The notes under the pieces are model-generated. The model worked only from the letters and a program-made list of their open reading frames with translations. It had not been told where the DNA came from and searched no databases. From NCBI RefSeq assembly GCF_006345805.1, contig NC_043002.1, positions 12,338,001 through 12,402,000 on the forward strand: 64,000 nt of DNA, given 5' to 3'. This document shows, piece after piece, positions 25,687 through 37,420 of this stretch. The position numbers and the translations under genes are program-made. The stretch is from Octopus sinensis. Lineage: Eukaryota. The first letter of the stretch is position 1. Every line of letters starts with the position of its first letter.

Positions 25687-25873
25687 TGTGTGTGTGTATG
25701 TTTGTTGTGTGTCTATGTGTGTGTGGTTTGTGTGTGTGTGTGTGTTGTGTGTGTGTTTGTGTGTGGTGTGTTTGTGTGTGTCTATGTTTGTGTGTGTTTG
25801 TTGTGTGTGTTTGTGTGTGTGTGTGGTTTGTGTGTGTGTGGTGTGTTTGTGTGTGTCTATGTGTGTGTGTGTT

Positions 25874-25905
<32 letters not shown>

Positions 25906-25986
25906 TGTGTGTGTGTTTGTGTGTGTGTATGTGTGTGTGTGTGTTTGTGTGTGTGTATGTGTGTGTGTGTGTTTGTGTGTGTTTGT

Positions 25987-26018
<32 letters not shown>

Positions 26019-26260
26019 TTGTGTGTGTGGTGTGTGTTTGTGTGTGTGTGTGTGTTTGTGTGTGTGTATGTGTGTGTGTGTGTGTGTGTGTGTTTGTGTG
26101 TCTGTGTTTGTCCCCCCCACACACATACACCGATGTTGGCATGTTTAAACTAGCAGTTCGGAAAGAGAGACTGATAAAATAACACAAAGAATTCAAAGAT
26201 TTGTTCGACGAACGCGATGCTCCAGCATGGCCGCAGTCAAAGGACTGAAAGAAATAAAAT
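25430..26260 (+). repeat. ~670-bp compound (TG)n/(TTTG)/(TATG) array continuous with the 3' half of a family A SINE
   Basis: Array 25430-26100, then ctgtgtttgtccccc...ctccagcatggccgcagtcaaaggactgaa. Confidence 0.85.
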
Positions 26261-26263
26261 AAG

Positions 26264-26321
<58 letters not shown>

Positions 26322-26378
26322 GTATGTATGTATGTATAAGTATATATATATATATATATATAATATATATATATTATA

Positions 26379-26430
<52 letters not shown>

Positions 26431-26463
26431 TATACCGCGCAAGCACATATAGATACACATATA

Positions 26464-26506
<43 letters not shown>

Positions 26507-26638
26507 TATATATATATACACACACATAAATATATACATCCGAATATGTGTATATATATGACTCTATATACATGTTTGTGTGGAGTGACAAATAGATTGA
26601 TAAATGATATAGATAGATAGGTAGATAGATAGATAGAT

Positions 26639-26679
<41 letters not shown>

Positions 26680-27279
26680 TTAGTTGTAATCGGGAGAAAA
26701 GAAAAGAAACGAAACAAATACAGAGTAAGGGAGGTCAACCAGGAGACAGACATAGAGTCAGACGAACGTAACCTACACAAATACAGACGAACGGGAATTA
26801 TCGACAGATTGAAAGATAGTGTGAGCGTGTAGAGATGCAGATAAATATAGAGGGAAAGCGAGATCACTATCCATTAAACAACGTAGATATTGTCCTGTTG
26901 TAACCTCTACACGTCTGCCGTCTTATCAAGCCAGCCGCAAACCAATTCTGCTCAAATAATTTCTTCAAAATTGATAAAAGCAAAGCATATAACCTGTTGC
27001 TGGTAATATGCCAAAAATATTTGGATGATAGGTCGAAAATAAGATCATACACAAACACACGCTTACATACATATAGGCTTACATAAACACTCGTACATAG
27101 ACGTGTACGTACACATGCCCCCCTCATACACGCTTTTATACAGGCATGCTAACATAGACCAATGTTATCTCTCGTATATTTTCATCTCTTTCTTTCTCCC
27201 TTTTTATGTCCGTGCGAGTGAATATGTGTTCATAAATATACATATTTCAGTGTATCGTATGTTTTTAAGAAAATATTAC

Positions 27280-27335
<56 letters not shown>

Positions 27336-27577
27336 GTGTGCATGCATGTATGTTGATATGTATGTATGCATGTACTAATGTATGTATTTAGATGGGTAGA
27401 AAGATAGACAGATAGTGATAGACAGAGAGAGAGGAACATAGATTAAAAGACATGTATATGTATGTAAGTATGTATATATATATATATGTTTGTCAGGGCA
27501 GTTGTATGCATGTAGTTTTATATATCTATTTGTGTACACACACAAACACACACACACACACATATATGTGTGTATGT

Positions 27578-27921
27578 AAAGCTGCAAAGACATCACAAGA
27601 ACTGTCACCCAGAGATTCACGTTCCCGTTCGTCAGAGGACAGATGTTGGTTGAAAATGTATATATACCTCCTCAACCAAAACTGTCCGACGAAGGAGAAC
27701 GTGAAACTCTGAGTAACAGCTTTTGTGGTGTTTTTGCAGCTTTTATTAATAAAGAATATTACTCTATCTCCGGTATTCAAGTATTATTTTTCCACCTTGC
27801 TTCTTATTTGTGTGCTTACTCTGCTATATATATATACATGTGTATATGCGTGTGTGTGTATGTGTTTATATATACATATACATATATATACACATATATG
27901 TGCGTGCATGTATGTATGTAT

Positions 27922-27970
<49 letters not shown>

Positions 27971-28074
27971 TACCGGAGTAAACACATAAATGTGAAACAA
28001 GATGGAAAAAAGAGTACTCAAATACCAGTGGTAGAGTAATATGCTTTATTTAAAGCAGCAGAAAATTCAACAAA
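27578..28074. mobile_element. Three partial copies (-,+,-) of a short hammerhead-bearing element forming nested inverted repeats
   Basis: 27578-27642 is inverted to 27682-27743; 27735-27826 is inverted to 27971-28074 around a microsatellite. Confidence 0.8.
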
Positions 28075-28106
28075 AATATATATATATATATTTATTCAAC
28101 AAAATG

Positions 28107-28159
<53 letters not shown>

Positions 28160-28430
28160 TTAATTCAACAAAATGTATATATATATATATTTAATTCAAC
28201 AAAATGTATATATATATATATATATATATTTAATTCAACAAAATGTATATATATATATATATTTAATTCACAAAATGTATATATATATATATATATATAT
28301 ATATTTAATTAGAGGGTGTGTTAATCTCATGAAGAGATAGTTTCATCCAAGGAAATACTGGATCAATAACTAGTATTCTGGTGGAATGAATTTCCTTAAA
28401 ATAATAGGTGCATACAAAAACATAGTTTAT

Positions 28431-29020
28431 ATTCATTTAAAAGAAGAAAATGGAGATTAAGAGGTTAAGAATTGTTTATTGTTAACTGCTAATTGGTCAT
28501 CTTCACTTACAGCCGTTTCCGTTAATACTCAATAAACAATCAATTTACATTTATGTGACATGAGCATAATATTATCAGAGGAAAACAAAAAGATGTACTT
28601 TTGGATGCTGTATGTTTGTTTGTGAATACATTTTAGCAGACTGAAGGTTATGGTTTATGATTTGTATTGTTATAGGTCCGGGCGATGGGTTTACAGGTTG
28701 AATAGAGATAAATAAATTAAAGAAATAGAGATGATAGAGGAAAGCTAACTACAAATAAACTTGTAGACCCCTTGCTCGATCATATAACAATACAAATCAA
28801 AAACTGTAACATTCAGTCTGCTAAAACGAATTGACAAAGACACATAACATCCAAAGGTACATATTTTTTCCTCTGATGATGTTATGCGCATGTCGCAAAA
28901 ATGTAAATTCAATGTTTATTGAAAATTAACAGAAACGGCTGTAAGTGAAGATGATCAATTTGCTGTTAATAATAAACAATTATTAACTTTCCAATCTCCA
29001 TTTTCTTCTTTTAAATGAAT
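28431..29020. mobile_element. Head-to-head inverted repeat (~265-bp arms, ~58-bp spacer), Penelope-like pLTR pair
   Basis: 28431-28699 matches the reverse complement of 28758-29020 at roughly 80% by eye; each arm carries a hammerhead-like core. Confidence 0.8.
28864..28952 (+). ncRNA. Candidate type I hammerhead ribozyme with intact core
   Basis: CTGATGA 28873-79; stem II TGTTA/TAACA; GAAA 28932-35; stem III ACGGCTGT; GUA 28941-43; stem I ttttcct/agtgaag. Confidence 0.65.
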
Positions 29021-29469
29021 GCACACACTCATACACACACACACACGCACACAGAAGCCTCATGTTAAACAAAGTGTTAAATGCTAAAGATATGTAAATT
29101 AGTAACTCCAGATCTTTGTTGCTTCTGAATTTCTGGTGTATATAAACAGAGCAGACTGGCTGCTGCTTTCTGTTGGACTGGCCAATGTGATGTTGACACT
29201 TTTGATGAGAACCGAATACGGTTCGTCATTTTTTCAATTTTCTGAAGAATAAGTAAATTTGTCTTGTTGAAATATCATTTACACAGCTTGCATATACCTA
29301 TAAATCCAGTCACGGCACCCAAATTGTCCGCAGTACTCAAAGGAATATTATTTTCGACTGGAATCTCATCCATACAATTCAATCGGCCTACGATAATTCA
29401 AGCTGCAGTTCTCTTAAATAGCAAGATCAGAGTCTTATCCGTGGTGACAGATGGAGTTCGTCAAATCAG

Positions 29470-30400
29470 TCTTTTCTCATTAATGTCTTTTAGTTTCTTC
29501 TTAAGAAACGTCATGCAGGAGACACCACGTGACTGGACTCCTTTTACAGCCTGCACTTTGCTGGTGATATCTCTTTAAGGGAAGATAATGAAGCTGAGCT
29601 TCAGGAACTGACCATAAGCTTGCAAAGAATATCGGAAGCAGACGGAATTGTGGTCGGTTCAGATAAGTAACATTTTTATCAATACCAGTAAGGTTGCCGT
29701 GGAGGCGCATGGCTTAGTGGTTAGGGTGTCAGCACCATGATCGTAAGATTGTGGTTTCGATTTCTGGACCGGGCGACGCGTTGTGTTCTTGAGCAAAACA
29801 CTTCATTTCACGTTGCTCCAGTCCACTCAGCTGGCAAAAATTAGTAACGCTGCGATGGACTGGCGTCCCGTCCAGCTGGGGAACAGATACGCCATAGGAA
29901 AGCGGGAAACCGGGCCCATGAACCTAGCTAGGCTTTAAAAGGGCGAAAAAAAAAAGGAAAAATATACGGTTGCCGCAACCGACATTATTACTGAATACCC
30001 AGAAACTTGATGAATTGGACAATTTTAGATACCTCATATTCATCTTGAGCCAGCACAACAGCTTAATAAACGACAGAAAATTACGTTTCGGTTTGGTGAA
30101 AACGGCCATGACGTCGTTGAGCGTCAGGAGGAAAATCAATCCCATTTATTTTCCTACGGAAATCAAACTGTAGTAATACCTTGTGAATTCGATCTTCTGT
30201 ATGAGTACGAAAGCTGGATATTTAAAGCCGACACGGAACAAAGAACCCAGGTGGTCCAGCGCAATGTACTCAGAGTACTCGGATATAGAGTAGTAGAATA
30301 CAGAGTACACGAATAAAGAGTTGAAAACAACGAACTTTGTCAGATAACAAGTCACCAGCGAAAACTATTTACTAGAGGCAAAGTTGAAAGAGAGCACAGA
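29470..30400 (+). pseudogene. Decayed RTE-clade LINE reverse transcriptase fragment split by a SINE
   Basis: SLHFAGDISLREDNEAELQEL (FADD-like), then KLDELDNFRYL and SILLYEYESW (RTE LLYGCESW-like). Confidence 0.7.
29700..29967 (+). mobile_element. tRNA-derived SINE (head H1 + tail D) with an 8-bp TSD
   Basis: GGTTGCCG at 29692-29699 and 29968-29975; A-rich tail. Confidence 0.9.
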
Positions 30401-30469
30401 AAGTGCCTTATATTGTCAAACGACTTGATATATTGGTTTCAAATTTTGATAGAATGCCAGTATGATCGA

Positions 30470-30645
30470 GAGATGGGGTTCAGTTGATAACATCGAACCC
30501 AGTTTTCAAATGACAGTTATTTTATCGAGCTTGAAAGGATAAATTGCAAAGTCGACCTTGGCGGTATTTGAACGCAAGACGCATAGAGGGACGAAATGCC
30601 GCTAAGCATTTATCCCGGTATGCTAACAATTCTGCCAGCTCGTCG
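30470..30645 (-). mobile_element. Degenerate SINE family B
   Basis: gtcgaccttggcggtatttgaac...gctaagcatttatccc...ctgccagctcg. Confidence 0.7.
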
Positions 30646-31936
30646 CTGTAAGCCTCCTGGCATTTTGATAGATTTGTCATATTAAGTTGTAACCTTCAAT
30701 GCCATTCGATTTGAGAAATAAATCGTTCGATCGATGGACAAATAGCCTTCCTATATACTGAGGGATGCCCTTAATTTTTCGTTTGAAATCTCAGTGAGGT
30801 TAGTTTTTGCCTTTCATCCTTCGTGAGCCGATAAAATATCTGCCGTTTAAGAACTTCTGTTAAGTGAATCAGACACATCGTTTTTCAAAATTGTCCAGCT
30901 ATATGACTATGTTATGAATGATTAAAACGTGTATCCGCATCGCAAATGATGCGAATTCAGTCAGATTCCGTTTTTATCTCCCACAAGCTCAAATAGCTGT
31001 CATTCACCTGCAATGTTCCTGATAGCTCTGTAGCAATATATATTTCGTAATACGCTGACGACTGGATAAGTGTTTAATCAGGGATTATTATGTATAGACA
31101 ATCTGATCCATATTTTTGTCAGCTCATTATAGTTTGATACCTGTGGAAATGAAGAAGGTGTTTACGGTGATGGAGAAACAACAAAGAAATTACAGCCTGA
31201 TTGGGAAATTGATTTCATAGTGGAGGCGGGATAAAATATGGCAGGATGTGTCTTCGTTTTTTTTAAGGATTGTCGCAATTACTACTGGAAGTGTGCGAAT
31301 ATTGATTCCTTGTATTTTTATAATGGAACGACTTGACTGGGTTTTATGTCATCGGCAACGACCGTAATTTAAACTCCAAACACAAATGGATGTAATTAAA
31401 TACTACAAGGCACTTAGTCCCACACTAACATCCCCGACACCCCACCTCTATCTGGTATACTGTCACATAATTGTCCCTACCGCTCCGCCGCCGCTATCTC
31501 GTACAGTTCTATACTAACGCCTTTACCACCTCGACGCTATCTGCTGTGTATATCTCGATACGTAATATGGTCACATGACTGCAAATGATTGACGAGAGAA
31601 GAATCGATTTGATAGATTGTTTTACTTCGCTCCTATTTATTTTATCGAACGAGACAAAACGATGAAAAGCAAAGTCGATTTCGTTCTGGTTTGATCTGAG
31701 CTAAGAACGTAAAAGTACAGAAGCAGATTATCACAAAGTATTTTGTCCGTTGCTCTATCGATTCTGTCATTCACATCCTCCATATTGAACGCCGCTTCAG
31801 TCTGTTCCCCGCTTGAACATCAAACCTTTCTTCTTAGTATTTATTCATTAGCGGACTTTTCTCTGTTTTACGCATTCAAACCGGAGCTCTGGCCTGAGAT
31901 AAACTCCTCCTCCTCCTCCACACCACTACCACCACT

Positions 31937-31937
<1 letters not shown>

Positions 31938-31981
<44 letters not shown>

Positions 31982-31989
31982 CACTACCA

Positions 31990-32038
<49 letters not shown>

Positions 32039-32042
32039 CACC

Positions 32043-32092
<50 letters not shown>

Positions 32093-32095
32093 ACT
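31938..32095. repeat. (ACT)n/(ACC)n microsatellite
   Basis: Direct reading; the poly-T ORF is an artefact. Confidence 0.95.
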
Positions 32096-33325
32096 ACTCC
32101 AGTTCCTCTCCTCTTCCTCTTCCCCTTCCATCGCCCCTTCGTCATCTGACGAGGTCACTGCATTACACTTCCGCTGGATATCATAATACACAGCCTATTG
32201 TCATATTTTTACGCAATATTTATACTAACTCTACACTTAGCGAACAAATGACAATGGCCTCTACGTTGTTACACATCCTTCTTGAACGAGTAGCCAATTC
32301 TACCTCAAATCACATACTGCCGTCTTACAGATAAAAAGGACACATGGGATAACATAGCCATCTATATGCATAAAAAGGGCTGCAAGGTCCTTGTTGGAAC
32401 GCGTTTTATTGTTTTGCATTGCACTGTCCTACTACAAGAGTCTAGCTTTCACTACGCATACATTATGTTAAAACATTATCCGAATAAGCGAGGTAATTTC
32501 TAGATCAGCTTCTCCCATAATCTTTGGTCTCGGAGAGAGATCCATTGGAGCTCATTCAGAAATATTGACAAGTAAGCTAATTATATATAAATGGTACATA
32601 TTTGTCCTCATCTTGTTTGTTGTTAACACAATGTTTCGGCTCATATACCCTCCAGACTTTATTAGGTGTCTTGGGGAAATTTTTTGGAATAAATGAAATT
32701 TAAAAAATTGAACACTAATGGGTTAAACAAAAAAAAAAAATCCCCAAAAAGAACTGAGAACACTTCCGAAGGTTACAGGTGAGCACCTCACAAAGCTACA
32801 GTCCTCCTGACCACTAAGACAAGCGCTACCTCGAATTTATCCTCTCAATCAACCGGCGCATGCTCAGAGTTGTCGCCTTCACTCAGAGCTAGTTCACCAC
32901 TCTTCTTCACGTCTGAACAAATTTGCTGGGAGTTTTCTCATCTCTCTCAATCCTCATTAACTTGTTAAAAGTTAATGAGAACTTGGCTGAAACGGAAAGT
33001 ATCTGCCCGTAGGCTTTTGCAGACACAACCACCACGCAACAACTTTCGTCCAAACCATCCAACAGATGATAAGAAATGTCCACCTTTCCTCACTAAATGG
33101 TATCAGCGGGATGATCTTCACAAGATATCAGCATGGATGCATTCTACCCTTCGCTCGCTTTCCACTCTATTATTGTAATTTGCTAAGTTCTGGTGGTGAC
33201 CTCAACAGAGACGAAGAAGGTACATTCTGTTAGAAAGAGGTAGTTAATGTTCCTCGGCACTTATTGTTGTAGGCATACATTAAACCAATTAACTTATTGA
33301 CATCTGTTAGATTGACCAACTAACC

Positions 33326-33381
<56 letters not shown>

Positions 33382-33406
33382 TAATAATGATAATGATAAT
33401 GATAAT

Positions 33407-33772
33407 CTTGAAATAGAAATTGGCAAAATGCTGAACCTGACGACTAAAACAATACCTGTTGTCATAGATGCCCTAGGGGCTGATTTCTACCTAGCTCAGA
33501 TACCAGGAAGCCCCAAAATGGCAAAAATTCAAAAGATAGTGCTCATGGGAACAGCCCATATCCTACGTAAAATACTGTCAATGTAATCTCAAATTTTAAA
33601 ACAAACATAATTTTCTTATGGTTTCTTAAACATTTTCTAGAACAACACTATATACAAAACCAAATATATGGCACCCTAGGCATAACACCAACATGAACTT
33701 CTAACTTGTCTCTTGAGGTCTCTGGGTGAGACTTGGAGCCAACTTGTACAAATGTAAAGCAAAAGTCAAACT

Positions 33773-33773
<1 letters not shown>
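33407..33773 (+). mobile_element. 5'-truncated R4/Dong-like RLE non-LTR retrotransposon inside (TAA)n
   Basis: 33407-33586 encodes LEIEIGKMLNLTTKTIPVVIDALGA...IQKIVLMGTAHILRKILSM*, then a 3' UTR. (TAA)n at 33328-33406 and 33774-33832. Confidence 0.8.
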
Positions 33774-33832
<59 letters not shown>

Positions 33833-34798
33833 CAGAAGAAGAAGAAGAAGAAGAAAAGTGGATAGAACCAGTGGAAATGTCTATTAAAGTTGAAAAGATT
33901 TGATAGCACAGTAATATACTGGATGATACTGCCATTGGCTTTATTGTGACTGCTGCTAATTTTGCTGCTGCTGCTGCTGCTGTTTCTGGTGCTTCCGTTT
34001 TTGCTGCTAATATTGTTTATACCAATTCTGCACTGATTAAGTAGACGCTGTATTAGATATGTTCAAATCACGAACAGTCCATTTTTTTTTTTGTCATTCA
34101 TTAATACAAATCCATTCATTAATACAAACACAACACAGTGCAGTTTTGTGGAAATTTGACTGCGTTTTCTAGCACGTCCCTCAACTACATAAAGACTTGC
34201 TCGTTTAGCTTGTCGTAAAAAAAATTGTTTCAAACGTGCGCACTGTTGTGTTAAATCTGACCTGACGGCAAATTGAATCCACGATCCGGTTCCAATTTCC
34301 GGTTGAAGCCAGTTCGCTTCATTTACATTACAAAACCCTTGACCAAAAATATGCATATCACATCATCGCATTTCACTACATTAAAAATTTGTCACTTTAT
34401 GCTATAACGTAACATATAATGCTTTTTATAATTATATGGGGTATAAATAATTGAATTAAAATACTAAGATAGCTTGTTGTAAAAACCGCATTTCTTGATA
34501 ACGTTTTCTAAGATTCAATATAGCGTCATACGTGCTATAAATATGCGAACAGTTTTACAGTTTGTGAACACTACTAGCCTATTACCCGTCATATAACAGT
34601 TAAATTCGGAAGTATAGTTTTTCCACCTGTAATGGAGAAAAATATGGTATTGCTGGAATACTTTTGATGACGCTGTCACAAAAGTTGAACACACACACAA
34701 TGACATACACACAGAACACACAGACAGATGCAAACACGCCCTACACGTATATAGGGAAGGAGTATAAAGTGAATGTAACGGTGTTTATATTTATAAGT

Positions 34799-35040
34799 GG
34801 AGGCGCGTGGCTTAGTGGTCGGGTATTGCACTCATGGACGTAAGATAGCGGTTTCGATTCCGGAAGTTGGTGATGCGTTGTGTTCTTAAGCAAACCACTT
34901 CCGTTCACGTGACTCCAGTCAACACTCCTGACGAAAATGAGATACTCTGTGACGGACCAGTGTCCCATCAAATGGAGGGAACACATACGCCACAGAATCC
35001 GGATAACCGGCTTTACGACCTTATGGTTCGGGAAGGGCGA
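34799..35040 (+). mobile_element. tRNA-derived SINE (head H1 + tail D, diverged)
   Basis: ggaggcgcgtggcttagtgg head; tail homologous to 29840-29945. Confidence 0.8.
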
Positions 35041-35400
35041 TTCATGTTTATATTTTACGTCACAATTTGGTATATACGTACAGATAGAAGGATCAGGCAC
35101 ATATACAAACACACACACATACATATACATACACGTACACATGCACATGTAAGGGTGATATTTAATGCCCACTCACTGACACACAATACACACTCACAGA
35201 CATATTTATAAATACATATATAATACATATATGTATTTACATATATTTTAATATTTCACTTGGGCTTCTTTTAGTTTCTGTCTACCAAATCCACTCACAA
35301 GGCTTTGGTCGGCCCGAGGCTATAGTAGAAGACACTGTCCAAGGTGCCACGCAGTGGGACTGAACCTGGAACCATGTGGTTTGTAAGTAAGCTGTGCCTA

Positions 35401-35776
35401 TGTACTTACTTGTACTTGTACTTGTGGCGACATTCACCCTGGGCGGGTTGAGGCGGCTTCTTCTACTCATGGAAGAAGTTTCGTGGGAATATGTGGATTT
35501 CACAAGCGGTCCCCAATAATCCCGCGTGTGGAGACATCCTATTTGCCGCAGATTGTCCGCAGACGCAGGGACAGAACGACCGAGGAGCCGCCGGTTGCCG
35601 AAACAGACACTCCGAGGATTTTCACCAGAGCCTCGTCTGCCGGGTTGTGGTCCTAATACCACTCGGTGTCAGACCAATCCACCTTGGGTGGCCCTACCAG
35701 GAACCGAAGTTCCCGACGGCATAGCTCTGACACTACCCGTTGCCAGCGTCCCCACCACGGTGAGGAGGGGATAGAC
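35401..35776 (-). mobile_element. GC-rich short element with an RTE-like 5' UTR and a (CAAGTA)n tail, abutting a family A SINE head (35262-35400)
   Basis: Minus strand: tcaccgtggtggggacgct...gagctatgcc...agggccacccaag...gtcgccacaagtacaagtacaagta. Confidence 0.55.
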
Positions 35777-35945
35777 TTTGTATATGTATATGTATATATA
35801 TATATGTATATATGTATATATACGTTTATATATACATGTATATATATATGTATATATATATATATGTATATATACATGTATATATAGATATGTATATAGA
35901 TGTATATATACATATATATGCATGTATACATATATATATGTGTGT

Positions 35946-35987
<42 letters not shown>

Positions 35988-35989
35988 CT

Positions 35990-36670
35990 AATGGTTGCTT
36001 CGTCTTTGCAGATGATTACCGTCTCCCCATGTACCCCCATCAAAGATCATCATCAGCTCCAAACGTCCGCCCAGGATCTTTTAGGTGGCTTTTAAGTCCA
36101 GCATTAGATTTGTACGGCCTGCAGCAAACGTAACAGACAAAAGAATTACCCTCTACTTGACTTATCGTGTCAACTTGAGGAATGTCATTCTTATGTACTC
36201 TCTTAATCCCTTTTAAGACCAAATATTGATTTGCAGATCTTTTTACACACCACACATCTTGTCTCACCTAGCTATGGACAAATAGAGCTGCACACACTTA
36301 GCTTATTATAGGATTTTAAATGAGTGATGTACCCAGATTTAGAGAGCAGTAAACGACCACACACGTCAGAAATCCAGCTCATTGTGTTCTTATTGTTGTT
36401 CATACTATAACTTATTCGCAGCTGTCGTTTCACTTTTTTTATGATCAAGACGTCTCTCTTCAAATATTCTGCAGTCTTCCTTCACATATCCTCTCCAGTT
36501 GCCCCTCTTTAATGCAAGCACATCCCAGTTCTGGTATTCATGCTGAATATCTTTAAAGTTGTTTTTTTAATGCAACCTTTATATTTTTTCCTTGGTGTGG
36601 AATTGACTGCAAAATAGTTGTTTTAGGGGTCTTTCATCAATCATAAGCACAACGTGGTCTACCCAACGCA
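35990..36670 (-). pseudogene. Decayed RTE-clade LINE 3' end
   Basis: Minus strand: RWVDHVVLMIDERPLKQL, W..LA.KRGNWR, CYVCCRPYKSNAGLKSHL; many frameshifts. Confidence 0.75.
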
Positions 36671-36710
36671 TTTTATACATACATACAATATATTATTATT
36701 ATTATTATTA

Positions 36711-36870
36711 TGGCTGTCCCCTCGTTATCGAGTATGGCCATTGCACGAGGCTTAACTGTTACTGATGCTGTGATCGAATGTGACTTTTTAGTCCAGCCAA
36801 AGATCTACAATGGCAACTAAAACCTTTACCGGTAATAGCCGGCTGTAGTTGTAACTGGGCTTCATGTACC
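36711..36870 (-). mobile_element. Second RTE-type 3' terminal fragment with a (TAA)n tail
   Basis: GKGFSCHCRSLAGLKSHIRSQHQ*, then gtgcaatggccatactcgataacgaggggacagcca(taa)n. Confidence 0.7.
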
Positions 36871-37004
36871 TTTACATACAATACATACATACATACATAC
36901 ATACATACATACATACATACATACATACATGCGTATCTAATAGACGTGCCGTTATACATAGTTAAATATAGATAGAAAATGCTACATTCTCTAATTGTTT
37001 ATAA

Positions 37005-37174
37005 GCGCAGGAGTGGCTGTGTGGTAAGTAGCTTGTTTACCAGCCACATGGTTCCGGGTTCAGTCCCACTGCGTGGCACCTTGGGCAAGTGTCTTCTACT
37101 ATAGCCTCGGGCCGACCAATGCCTTGTGAGTGGATTTGGTAGACGGAAACTGAAAGAAGCCCGTCCTATATATG

Positions 37175-37211
<37 letters not shown>

Positions 37212-37420
37212 TGTGTGTCTGTGTTTGTTCCCCTAGCATTGCATGACAACCGATGCTGGTGTGTTTATGTCCCCGTTTCTTAGCAGTTCGGCAAAAGAGA
37301 CCGATAGAATAAGTACTGGGCTTACAAAAGAATAAGTCTCGGGTCGAGTTGCTCGATTAAAAGGCGGTGCTCCAGCATGGCCGCAGTCAAATGACTGAAA
37401 CATGTAAAAGAGTAAAAGAG
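37005..37420 (+). mobile_element. SINE family A, full-length reference copy
   Basis: gcgcaggagtggctgtgtggtaag head, ccttgggcaagtg CORE-like motif, internal (TA)(TG)n, ggcggtgctccagcatggccgcagtcaaatgactgaaac tail. Confidence 0.92.

Noticed and set aside
32953-32979. Helitron 3' hairpin (perfect 11-bp stem)
   Set aside because: AT-rich, with no correctly spaced CTRR end; plausible by chance in 64 kb.
34583-34790. Helentron/HINE-like end (actagcctattacccgtcata)
   Set aside because: Only one terminus-like motif; no partner sub-TIR or hairpin found.
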